This document shows, piece by piece, positions 12,515 to 25,042 of a stretch of DNA of 64,000 nt. Location of the stretch: assembly GCA_016618085.1 (NCBI GenBank), contig JABLTG010000100.1, positions 1 through 64,000 of the forward strand. The letters run 5' to 3'. This DNA comes from Neovahlkampfia damariscottae (Eukaryota). The position numbers and the translations under genes are program-made. Each line of letters begins with the position of its first letter. Position 1 is the stretch's first letter. Below the pieces are notes generated by a model that saw nothing but the letters and a program-made list of their open reading frames with translations, was not told the DNA's origin and did not search any database.

Positions 12515-12596
12515 TCGGGTGTGGTATAGTGGTAGAATTCAAGACTGTCAATTCAACAGTTCTCTTGCGACCCGGGTTCAATTCCCGGCACTCGAG
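12515..12596 (+). tRNA. tRNA-Asp(GTC) with 11-nt intron at 12551-12561
   Basis: Acceptor stem TCGGGTG/CACTCGA with discriminator G; anticodon stem CAAGA/TCTTG; loop CT-GTC-A[intron]C; T arm CCGGG-TTCAATT-CCCGG; T-run terminator from about 12603. Confidence 0.9.
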
Positions 12597-12686
12597 ACCG
12601 AATTTTTTTTTCACTTTAATGTGACATTATAAACAATAGATGTAGTTGAAACGTAAGAATAAAATTTTATCTCTGATTTCTTCACT

Positions 12687-14218
12687 TTATTTTAGAGGTT
12701 CAAAAACAATTTCATGAATCTTTGGTCCAAGTATCAAAGCATCGGATGCTTCTTCAATTTTGGAATTTTCATCTTTCAATTTGAATTTGAAATTTTGGAG
12801 TAAGTAGGCCAAGAATATTTTTGATTCCACTAATGCAAAATTATTACCAACACAAGTTCTAGATCCAACTGAAAATGGAAGCCAAGTGAATCTTGAAAAA
12901 TTATTATTTTCAAACCTTTCAGGAATGAATTCTTCCGGATTTTCATAAATCTCTACCGACTAATTGGTGGAATTTAGTGTGATCAAAATTTCTTACATGA
13001 TGCATGGCATAAATATCAAGGAAAATGGATGTTCCTTTAGGTATTTTATAACCTTCTAAGATGACATCTTTGGTGGTTGTTCTTCCCACTCCTGGTGCAG
13101 GTGAAAATAATCTCATTGTTTCTTTGATAACCAATGAAAGATAATTCAATTTTTGAGATGATTCAAAATCACATTCTTTGTTACCCAATACTTCTGTTAT
13201 TTCTTTTCTAGCTTTTTCTTGGACTTTTTGATCTTTAGCTAATAATTGAATTGCAAAAGAAAGAGCATTTGCAGTAGTTTCATGTCCAGCAATGAAGAAG
13301 GCAAATGAATTTGCTTCAAGTTCTTCAAGAGATAATTCTCCATCTTCATGAGCAACAACCATGAAATCAAGCATGGATGTAGGTTTTTCACCATTTTTTA
13401 ATTTTTCTTTTGAAATGTCGATGACTTTTTTGACCAACTCCACTAAAATCATTGATTTGTTTGTCAAATTCTGATGAAAAGCACTAAATGATTCAAATCT
13501 TTTTGTGAACAATAAATACATGATCGTTTTAACATTGAAAAAAGCACTAAAAGCTTCATTATAAGCAAGTAAATCATTTTGAATAGAACCTTCTAAAGAA
13601 CCGAATTCATGATGAAAAATAGTAGATCCTAAGATGTCCCTATGAAAAAGAAAGTGAAATTTGTTTTTTTTTTTACAATGTCATTTTTTGAAGTAAATCA
13701 TGAATATCTGCAACAATTGGATTTTTTTTTATGAGGTCGATTGTTTTTTTTGATTTTTCCATGAATTTAGGTGCATAAATAGATAAATCATAAAATCCAG
13801 GATTAACAGACTTTCTTTGTCTCTTCCATTCATCTCCATTGACAAAAACAACATTATGTGGATTTAACAATCTTCCTGCTCCTACATTGATCATACTGAA
13901 TAGATTTGTTGTTGGTTTAATATATGTCTTTGAATCTGATAAAACAATTTTTGCTGATTCTGCGGATCTAATTGATACAGAGTATTTAAAAAAGTTTAAT
14001 TTCCCATAAATTGAACCAAGTTGATTGTGAAGGATGGTTCCTTTTCTTGACTTTGAGATTGTGTCAAAAAGTGATGAATAAATTGCAGAAAAATATGAAT
14101 CTACAAAGATAAGAGCTTTTCCAGTCTCTGCGTGCACAACAGCTGACTTGAGTTTGTATTCTGAATACTTTATGAAAAGAAAAATAACTACCAATGCCAA
14201 CAAGAGATAAAACAACAT
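12687..14218 (-). CDS. Cytochrome P450 (2 introns)
   Basis: N-terminal membrane anchor, I-helix AGHETT, ETMR (ExxR), PERF and heme motif WLPFSVGSRTCVG. Confidence 0.95.
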
Positions 14219-14438
14219 TGTTTTTTGAAAGTGAAGGTGTTGGTCAGCAAAAAAAACTCCGAAATTTATTATTCCTATTGGTCACAAAGTTCTATTTTTA
14301 AATTGATTGAGTTTTCCAATCTTAATAATAGTCAATTTTATTGATGAATTCATGAAATTTCTACTTCAACAAATTCATTGGATTTTTCGATTGAATCACA
14401 CCAATCAATTTCCTTGAACTTGTTCTCCAATCAAAACA

Positions 14439-17400
14439 ATGAACATCAGTCTTGCAAAGGGACTTATTTCCTTCTTACATATTGGTAACAAACTTGTTAA
14501 GTTTTATCCTCCTTTTGAACAGGTGATGCCATTGGAAAACCAGAAGTTTTTGAACTGGACAGTTTAATCATGTATGCTTCCAACAGTAAAAGTTACAATG
14601 AAAAGTATGGTGGTGAATTTCTTCAACTTGTCTACACCATAGAAAAACTATTTGATGAATTTCAATCCAGACAAAGAATAATCCAAGTAATTTACAGGAA
14701 AACACCTTCACACAACTGTACTCAGGCTACTGTTCTCTTATTTCGTGAGCTTTTAATTCAACACTTGAAACAAAATACAGAAATACCAGTTTTAGATTTT
14801 GAAACTTGGAAAGAGGGTTTAGAAGATGGTTTATTTGAACAAACACCGACATCTTTTTTCTTTTCCAATTTATTCATTGAAGAATCAAGCAACAGTTCTT
14901 TCATTTCAAAGCTATTCGAAGATTTTTCAATTTTATTGTTGGAAGGTATTTCTTTTGAAGGTTATGAAATTTTTGCTTTTACCTTAACAGAAGATACTAT
15001 AACAACAAACTTTGTTGCTTTTGATGACCGAAATGATTTGAATTTGTGTTTTGATGGAAAGGAATTCAACAGTTTTCTTGTCATGTTTGAAGAACTTTCT
15101 GTATCGCCTTCCATTGAAGTTATTGCCTTTTCATGTCACAAATTAATGAAATCAACTTTTAAAAACGAAAAACTTGAATTTTTTTGTCAAGTTTTGTTGC
15201 TTCAACAATTTATTTCGGAAGAAGTTTCATTGGTGGACAGATGTTTTTGTTGTGAATTGGAAGATGAACAACAAGAAAAAGAAATTTATAGATTTTTACA
15301 AAATGTATCACAAAACTTACTTGGTATCACAAAATGGAAAAATGAAATCAAAATTGATTTGATAGACGGTTTGCTTTTCACAACACTTTTGGTTTCACTT
15401 GAAAAACAAAATTTCACCGATTTTTTGCCAAAAAACAAACAACAATCATTTAAAGATGTATTAATTATGATAGGGTTAAATCCTTCACAATCACAAGAGG
15501 TTTTCTCTTTCAAATTCAAGAAAAATACATCGCTCAACAAAATACAAAATTTAAAAATTAAACTTATTGAAGTGAGGAATAATTTGATCAGTGGTTGTAT
15601 ACCAGAGTTGGAAAAAAATCTAAAATCAAAAAATTTAGAAAAGAAAGTTGAATTGGTTTCAAAAATTTATAAAGACGAACATCATTGGCACAACGGAAAA
15701 TTGTACGCTGAAGATTTTGTCAAAATAAAATTCAGAAAAAAAATGTATCTATCTGAGCAATATGGTAGACTTGAAAGTTATTCCTCAGAAATGAAAAAGA
15801 ATTCAACTTTCAATTTTGGTGTCAAAGTCAAATACTCATCAACCAATGGATGGCAACCAAAATTGAAAGATAAAACTCCACATATTATTGTTTCATTTTG
15901 GAGATCTCAAAGAATTTTAGATTTGAATGTTATTGGAAAATTTCATGAAGATTTGAAGATTAAACAATTGATTGGAATTTCAGAGACCAATTCGGAAACT
16001 CAAATATATAACATGAAACATAGTGACGATTTAATAATCAATAAAGATAACAAGAACTTTTTATGTTCATTGAAAGATATTGATGAACAATTCAATAAAT
16101 TGAAGATTGTTTTTGAACAAAAAAAAGCAAAAAAAGAATTTACTGTTAATGGAGTGTTTATTTCTGGGAAACGATCATTCGATCATGTTATCAATGAGCA
16201 ATTACAAAAACAAAGCCTATCCACTTATTTCAATTTTTTTTCAAATTCGTTGCTCAAAACGAAAGTTGTAAAAAGAGACATTACCCTTTCAATGAAATCA
16301 AAAAAAACGGAAATAGCTTCAAAAAAATTGACATCTAAACAAAGAACATTATTAGAAGTGCAACAAAATAGAAATAAAAAAATTGAAGAGACTTTAGAAG
16401 AATATGAAGATGAAATTAGAAAAGTGATTGAATTTTACCCAAATGAATCATTGGAAAGAATTGAAAGCAAAATGAATTCTACATTGAATGAAAGTCAATC
16501 CTTTATCTGCTTGAAGTATCTCATTGAAGAGCAATTAACATCTTGCACCCTCCAAAAAGATCGTGTCAAGTTGTTTTATGATATCATTGATTTATTGAGA
16601 TATTCAAATCAAACCAAAAAAGATTTTACATCAGATATCATAAAAATAGTAGATAGTGCATTTAAAAAATTGAAATATTTTGATATTTTCATTGAACATA
16701 TTGATTCGTTTAATTTATCGAGCACATTGAAAAAAGGTTTTGTGAAAAAAAAAATTCCAGAAACAAAAAGTAAAGTTCCATTTCATCGTTTTCAATTGAA
16801 ATATGGTGGTGGATTAATGAAAAGAGAAACAGATTCTCAATTTGATCCAAGAATCTCAGAATTTGCTCCTGATAAATGGCAAAGAGAAGTTCTAGATGCA
16901 GTGGAGAATAAAAAGAGTGTAGTGGTTGTTGCACCAACATCTAGTGGAAAAACGTTTATTTCTTATTTTGCTATTCAAGAAGTAATGAATTCAAATAAGA
17001 ATATTGAAGTTTCATCTCAAAAGAAATTGATTGTAATGGTTGCACCAACAAAAGCTTTGGTATCACAAATCTCTGCTGATATTTATTCAAAATATGGAAT
17101 GGTTTTTGGTACATTCACAAGAGAATCACGTGAAAATATGGAACACTGCACTATTTTGATCACAGTTCCTCAATGTCTCGATATTTTATTTTTTTCTCCA
17201 AATAGAAGAGACTGGATTAAAAGAATTGCTTATATAGTTTATGATGAAGTTCATCAAATAGGGAGTGTTGATGGTGAAATTTGGGAGAGATTATTACAAT
17301 TAAATCCTTGTCCATTCATTGCATTAAGTGCTACAATATCTGGACCTCAACCATTCATTGATTGGTTGACGAAAACACAAAAAAGTGAAGCAAAAGATAG

Positions 17401-19762
17401 TGTTGTTTATGTTTCTCATAAATATAGATATTCTGATATCAAGACATCCATTTATTTGCCGAGAGAGAGTCAAAATGATGAAAAGGATTTGGTTAATGTT
17501 CATCCATTTGCACCTTTTGCGTTTGTTCGTCACTTGAACTCTCAATACAACTCAATTCTAAAGGAAATTCAGTTATCACCAAGCGAAACGTTGGAATTAT
17601 ACGATGTAATGACGAAAATTGATTTTGGTGATCATATCAAAGAAAAATTGGTTTTAGAACCTTATGATCCTGCAATATATTTTTCAAAAGTTTTTTGTGT
17701 TGACAGAAGGGAATCAAGAATATATTCTGAAGAATTGACAACAATACTTGCTGGATGGATGAAAGATATCCCAAATTTAGCACAAAATGTATTTAAAAAA
17801 TTATCAAAAAACATCAGAAAGGCAGTCACTGAAACACCAAAGAAAGAAAATATTCTTCAATTTTTAACAGACCTCCGAGATGATGATTTACTTCCTTGTT
17901 TGGTTTTTTCCTTCTCACAAGCTCAATGTGTTAATCTTGCAATATTTCTTGATAATTTTCTTGAAATAAAAAAGAATGAAGCAATGAAAAAGCATCATAT
18001 TTCTCTTGAAAGAATAATGGCTAGAAATGAGAAAATTGAACAATTAATTAAAAGAAAAAACGATGAAATTGAATTGAAAAAAAGAACTTTAGAAGAAATA
18101 GAATTAGATTATGACTTTACGAATCCAATGGAAACGAAGTACTATGAAATTCTAAACAAATATTCATTCTGTGATTTAAATAATACCAACAAAATTTCAG
18201 AAAAAGAAAAAGATTATTGGGTTGATAGAATCATCGGAAAAACTGGTTGGGACCTTAATCATCCATTGATGAGAGCATTAAGAAGAGGTTTTGGTGTTCA
18301 TCATGCTGGATTACCAAAACCATATCGAGATTATGTTGAAGTTCTTTTTCGAAAAAAATGTATTACAACTGTATTTGCAACAGGTACTCTTGCATTTGGT
18401 ATCAATATGCCTTGCAAAACTACTGTCTTTATGCAAGAATCAAATTATTTAACTCCATTAATGTACCATCAAATGAGAGGAAGAAGTGGAAGAAGAGGAT
18501 ATGATAACATTGGACATTGTATATTTTATGATTTTAATCCATATTCTGCTTTAAATTTGATGATTACTCCACTTCCAAATCTTCATGGGCATTATACTTT
18601 AAATGCTTCAACAGTGTTAAGATCATTGGATTTGTTTCAAGAAATAGAAGAAGACAAAGAAAAAAATTTAATTTCTCGTTTGAAGAATTTATTATTACCT
18701 TCATTTGGTTTTGGTCAACCTGATAATTTTGAAGAACAAATTCAATTTCATTACAGATTCATCTTGGAATTCTTATCAAGAAACGAAATTATCAATGAAA
18801 AAGGTTCTCCTGTTGGATTATCAGAAATTGTTTCTCATTTGAATTATGAAGAACCAGTCAATTTTCTATTGGTAAAATTACTTGAAAGTAAAGAAATTAG
18901 AAAATTATGTTCTGGATTTTCTAAAAACAAAGAATCTGTAGGTTTAGAATTAATGAAAATTCTGACACACATTTATGGAAGAATCAAAATCTTCAAAAAT
19001 GACAAAAACAAAGAAGAAAAAAAAATGGAATCTCTTGACGAAGAATATCAAGAAATTATCACAAAGTATAATCAAGAAGTGATGAAATCTTTCTTTGAAA
19101 TTAACTCTATTTTTGCTGAGAACTTTTTGGATATTGCCAATAGCATGATATTACCAATTTCAAAATTGAGTTATTTCAAATCAAATTCATTTGATTTAAA
19201 AGCAAAAATACACACAAAACTTCACAATAATATTCTTCTCAGATCTCCATTTCAAGCAATGAGTGGGTTCAAAAATGTATTTGATTCCCCTCAAGATGTA
19301 TTTGATAACAGAAGACATGATATGTTCTTTGAAAAGAATTTGATTCCTTTGATTGATTTTGGGGATGATATTTCAGGCTACGCTTTTTCTTTTTATAAAA
19401 GTGGAAATGCTTCAATTTTGAAAGAAAAATATGGATTGGTTGGAAAGAAGACATATGATAGTCTTAAAGAATGGGTTCTATTCCTCAAGACTATTGTTAG
19501 AACACTTGAAAATATGTCAAAGAAACCAGATAAAATAGATATCAAAAAATCATCAAATAGTTCAAAAGAAGTCAAAACCCAAACTCATGTTCATGATAGT
19601 GTTCTTGCAACCTTCAAATTTGTGCTTTCAAAATTTGAAGATAATTTCATTAATTCTTCTGAAAACAATTTTGATGATTTCTTTCAAGTTTCTCAAAAAA
19701 GTTTAGATTCAATACACGAAAAAAAACGAAAACAAATTGTTGAGAGATCTGTCATTGAATAA
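14439..19762 (+). CDS. DDX60: DDX60-like Ski2-family DExD/H RNA helicase
   Basis: PDKWQREVLD, APTSSGKT, DEVH, ALSAT, GVHHAGL, TLAFGINMPC and GRSGRRGYD, plus DDX60-type N-terminal features (LQLVYTIE, HWHN). Probable ATG at 14439 followed by a short first intron. Confidence 0.85.
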
Positions 19763-19801
19763 AAATTTTACTTTTTAGTTTTATCCAATCAGAAAACTAT
19801 T

Positions 19802-21310
19802 TTAGAGTTTTGATTTCTTTTTGTAAGAACAGTTTTCAATGATTGTTGCAGTTGCCATACCATGTCCAATACACATTGTTTGTAATCCATATCTTTTTCC
19901 TGTTCTTTCTAATTCATTCACTAATTTTGTCATTAAAATGGCACCAGTGGCACCAAGTGGATGACCATGAGCCATAGCTCCACCATTTGGATTAATTTTT
20001 TCAGTTGGTACTTTCAATGTTTTTTGCCAAGCAGCAACAACTGATCCAAATGCTTCATTGATTTCAAAAACATCAATGTCGTCAATAGTAAGACCTGATT
20101 TGTTAAGAGCTTTTTCAGTTGCAGGAATTACACCATCTAACATCAACTCAACATCAGATCCAACAGCAACTCTTGTAAGAACTTTTGCACGTTTGGTGAA
20201 TCCATATTTTTTACAAGCTTTATCAGAAGCTAATAAAACAGCACTAGCACCATCAGAAATTTGACTTGCAAAAGCAGCTGTAATGACACCTCCTTGCCTT
20301 CGAATTTTAAATTTCATTTTTTTTTTTTTTTTACTTAAATGGAGTTTTCAATTTTTTGAGTTTCTCAACATCAACAGGGTACTTGATACCTTCATCTGTT
20401 TCAACAACTTTTCCATCTTTTGTTTTTATTGGAATAATTTGACTTTTGAAAAATCCATCTCTTGTTGCTTCGTGACATTGTTTGTGACTTCTAACAGCAA
20501 GTTTTTCAAGATCTTCATATTTAATATTATATTTCTTTGCAATTAACTCAGCTGAAATCCCTAAAAAAGAATAAAAATGTTTTTGTGTTAAAACTTACCT
20601 TGATGTAAAAGTTTGTATGGAAAATCTCCAAAACTGAATTTTTGTTCTTTATCTGGGTTCATTGTAAAAACTTCAGGTGAAGAATCTGATCCCATTCTTA
20701 CAACACTCATCATTTCAACTCCTATTCAAAAATTAATATTTTGTGTTCAAACCACAACCAATTGCAACTTCCAAATCTCCAGAAGCAATTCCTTTGAAAA
20801 TTTAATGTACTGATGAATAAAAAACCTTGTGCTGCGAAATGAATCGCTTGTTGTCCAGAACCACACATTCTTCATGCTATGTTAAAAAGACTAAAAAAAT
20901 AAACCTATTCAATTGAACTGTTTTGAATTAATTTGAATTTTTTCTTTTGTTACCTCCTGGTACTTCAATTGGATAACCAGCTTTTAACAAAGCAAGTCTT
21001 GGAATGTTACCTATCAATTGTGATGAGTACATATTTTTAACATACTTCCTTGTTGTTTTACTGGAGTGACGCACCCACAAATAACATCTTCAACGACACT
21101 TTTATCTAGATTATTTCTTTTGGCTAAATTATCAAGAACAGTTGACAATAGAGCAACTGGATGAACTGAGTTAAGAGCTCCAGACTTCATGGGTATTAAT
21201 ACAAATGTTTTATTACTGATTTTCCAATTCCAATTGGAGTTCTTACACAATCTTAAAATCAGTTGAAACTTTTTTTTTGTCAAACCTACAATGAAAACTT
21301 CGTTGACCAT
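19802..21310 (-). CDS. Thiolase (acetyl-CoA C-acyltransferase), about 8 introns
   Basis: Spliced MVNEVFIVDCVRTPIG, QLNRMCGSG (catalytic Cys), GVEMMS, EINEAF, HGHPLGATG and MCIGHG; C-terminal SKL. Confidence 0.95.
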
Positions 21311-21437
21311 TTTTTTGGTATTGTCCGATTGGTTGAAATACACAAATCAATTTTATCCAGTGACCCAAAGAAAAGGGAATTAAGTTAACAATAACAATGA
21401 AGTACTTTCTCCATCATCCTAAAAAGAATTCATTTCA

Positions 21438-22728
21438 TTGGTTGACTATTTTTCCGGAAACAAAAAACAGTTTGCCACCTTGATGTCAACCAAACCGATT
21501 GACAAAGAAACAGACATTGAAGTTTTTAAAAAAAACTTGAAAGAAATTACAGAAAAATATGAAAAACTTGTACAAGAACAAAAATCAAAAGAAGGTTTCA
21601 ATGAAACAAAATCAAAAGCAGAAAATTTCATAAGAAAAGAAAAAGAAAAATATGAAAAGAAAATGGAAGAAATAAAAGAAAAATTAACAAAATTAGAAAC
21701 CAAAAATATAACCTTGACAAAAAAAAACCTTGAACTGGAAATAGAAATCGAACAAATCCAAATTTTCAAAAAAAAAGAAGCAGATTTGTTACTCAATTTA
21801 AATGAATCAAAAGAAGAAATTTCAAATTTACAAACAAAAAATAAAGAATTAAACTCAGAAATTGAAGAATTAAAAAAAGAAAAAGAAAATTTAACACAAC
21901 AACATGTGAAGGAAATTCAAAAATATAAAAAATACATGAGAGAGAAATTTCCAGATAGTATGACCACAAGTATAAATGGTATGACTTTAGATGCAGTACA
22001 ATTCCATGATGATGAAGAAGATGAAAAGAAAACACCAGAACAACAACCAAACCCAAAAGAAAAAAATACACAAAAAGAAAAACCTGTTTCTTTGGAAAAG
22101 TATACAAAAATATTACCTATAAAAGATTGTGTGGAATCAATTTTGAATTATTTTGAAAATTTACCAAAAGATGTTTTTGATGATGAATTTAGTTCTTCAT
22201 CAAATCCAAGTTCAATTTTTATGATCAACTCAACTTTATGCGAAGTTTTGATAAAAGTGTTTAATCATGGTTTGAATAAGAGCAAATATTGGTTTTCAAA
22301 TGTCTATTTCTGGAATTTTATTGGTGACACTTTGATGCAAGGTAAATTTTATGATTTATCATTCACATTTAGATGAAAAATTATCTGTGTTTTTGGAAAA
22401 GATTAATTCGAAAGTAGATGAAATTGTGCTTCAAAATAAGATTCAATTTCAAGATTCACAATTGTATGAACTCGCATTTCGTTTATTTGTTTTTGAATGT
22501 TTGAATAATCAAAACTTACATGAAATTATTGAATTTTTATTGAGCAAAGAAGAAAATTATTCAAATTTTTACTTGAAAAGAGCATTGTTTTTTGAATCGG
22601 AATTCAGAGAAAAGATTGTTTCGTATTTATCTGTTTTGTCAGTTTTACCTTTTCAATTGAATATTGAAGATTTATTTGGTGATAAACAATATGGTGTTGA
22701 TATTGGTCCTTCAAGATATTATGCTTGA
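21438..22728 (+). CDS. Coiled-coil plus RUN domain protein (start uncertain)
   Basis: Long heptad region, then LCEVLIKVFNHGL, FWNFI and (after an intron) FRLFVFECLNNQNL, YLKRALF. Confidence 0.7.
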
Positions 22729-23069
22729 AAAAAAATAAAATTTTATTGGTGATCGAACTCGAAAAAATAACATTATATCTGGGAATGTGTCAATGAAGCA
22801 TCTTTTTCCGAAGATGTAATTTGATCATTTATAAAGTAGTATCGGCACGAATGAACCCAAGAAACTTTGACTATCCAATAGAATCATTCAAAAAAAAAAA
22901 AAAAAAACCAAAATTTTTTTTTTAAAAAAATAAACATTAATTTGAGCATTCAGAAAATCATTTCATCGAATGATGATTTTTAAACGTCTTTGTACACCTT
23001 TGGATCTTTTATGAAAGCAACCTAACCTAAGGAATGTCTGAAAAAAATATATTTTTTATTTCCAATGTT

Positions 23070-24039
23070 TTAAAGAATTCCACAAATATTTGAATAAAGA
23101 GCATTTTGAAATTGTTTTTCAATATATCTTTCTTCATCTAATTTTGTTTTTGAATCATCTTCTTGAATCTTTCTCAATTCTTGGAAAAATTTTGAATCAT
23201 ATTTATCCATTTTATCTAATGCATTTTTTAATTCATCAAGACCTTGATCAGATCCTNNNNNNNNNNNNNNNNNNNNNNNNNNNNNNNNNNNNNNNNNNNN
23301 NNNNNNNNNNNNNNNNNNNNNNNNNNNNNNNNNNNNNNNNNNNNNNNNNNNNATCTTTCTTCATCTAATTTTGTTTTTGAATCATCTTCTTGAATCTTTC
23401 TCAATTCTTGGAAAAATTTTGAATCATATTTATCCATTTTATCTAATGCATTTTTTAATTCATCAAGACCTTGATCAGATCCTTTCTTTGTGTAAATGAA
23501 AGTAAGTTCTCTATTTAATGATTTTGTAATTTTTGCTCTAAATTCTGTTTCCATTTTCTTTTTGAGTTCTGGAAATTTATCTCCTTCACAATGAGTGAAT
23601 ACAACAATCATGTGGTCAAAAATTTTGTTTCCAAGAATAATTCCAAGAATGGACAACATGGATTCATATTGAAAATCATAATCTGCTTTTGTAATATCAA
23701 AACAAAGTAAAAATGCATTGAAACCTTTGGACAAATGTTCAATGAATGAGTAAATGTTCTAAAAGGGAGACTTAAAAAAAATTTTTTTTTTACTTCAAAA
23801 CCAGCTTGTTCTGACGCTGATGATGGAAATGGTGTTTTATCAACAAGTCCAGGTGTATCAATACACGTTAATTTATGTTTTTTATCTCCTCTCCAAAATC
23901 CATGTTCAGTTACTGTTGACAAAGTTACTCTTCCATCTTCAGCTGCTGTTCTGAATTCTTCTTTATCAAATAATGTGTTCAATAAAGTTGATTTGCCGTC
24001 TCCAGTTTTACCGAGTGCTGTGATTGTAATGTCTGACAT
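23070..24039 (-). CDS. AIG1/GIMAP-like GTPase, copy A (crosses assembly gap), C-terminal CaaX CGIL
   Basis: GKTGDGKST, IDTPGL and IVVFTH; one intron; ends NICGIL* at 23070. Confidence 0.8.
23257..23352. other. Assembly gap (96 N) with about 130 bp duplicated on both sides
   Basis: Sequence at about 23125-23256 is repeated at about 23353-23483. Confidence 0.95.
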
Positions 24040-24153
24040 GTTGAAGCTGTTGTTTTTTTTGTTGAACGGAAAACTGATCTATTTGACCAATCATCAAAAT
24101 TCCGATTTAAAGAAAAGGGAAGGTAAAAATTGAAATTTTTATATCAAATAAAT

Positions 24154-24899
24154 TTAAAGAATGTTACAGATATTTGAATAAAGAGCATTTTGAAATTGTT
24201 TTTCAACAAATCTTTCTTCATCTAATTTTGTTTTTGAATCATCTTCTTGAATCTTTCTCAATTCTTGGAAAAATTTTGAATCATATTTATCCATTTTATC
24301 TAATGCATTTTTTAATTCATCAAGACCTTGATCAGATCCTTTCTTTGTGTAAATGAAAGTAAGTTCTCTATTTAATGATTTTGTAATTTTTGCTCTAAAT
24401 TCTGTTTCCATTTTCTTTTTGAGTTCTGGAAATTTATCTCCTTCACAATGAGTGAATACAACAATCATGTGGTCAAAAATTTTTTCTCCTAAAACAATTC
24501 CGAGTAATGACAACATGGATTCATATTGAAAATCATAATCTGCTTTTGTGATATCAAAACAAAGTAAAAATGCATTGAAACCTTTGGACAAATGTTCAAT
24601 GAATGAAAAAATGTTCTGAAAAAAGTTAAATTTTTTTGTGTGATAAATGTTACTTCAAAACCAGCTTGTTCTGTTTGTTGGTTTGGCATTGGAATTTTAT
24701 CAACAAGTCCAGGTGTATCAATACATGTTAATTTATGTTTTTTATCTCCTCTCCAAAATCCATGTTCAGTTACTGTTGACAAAGTTACTCTTCCATCTTC
24801 AGCTGCTGTTCTGAATTCTTCTTTATCAAATAATGTGTTCAATAAAGTTGATTTGCCGTCTCCAGTTTTACCGAGTGCTGTGATTGTAATGTCTGACAT
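24154..24899 (-). CDS. AIG1/GIMAP-like GTPase, copy B, C-terminal CaaX CNIL
   Basis: Near-identical to copy A; one intron at about 24617-24653. Confidence 0.85.
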
Positions 24900-25042
24900 G
24901 TTCTGTGTTTTTGTTTTGTTTTTCCGTTGAGGATTTTTTTTGATCTCTTATTCGCCCAATCACAGAAGTTTTTCACCCGATTTGGTGAAAAATTGAAAAA
25001 TCAGATTTGGAGAAAATTTTTAGCACCAAATCGAGTAAATTT

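Noticed and set aside
22795..22830. SECIS element (ATGA...GA)
   Set aside because: There is no apical AA motif, the stem geometry is wrong, and no Sec-type gene is evident upstream.
23125..23483. Apparent internal duplication in the AIG1 gene
   Set aside because: It flanks an N-gap exactly, so it is most simply unmerged contig ends.
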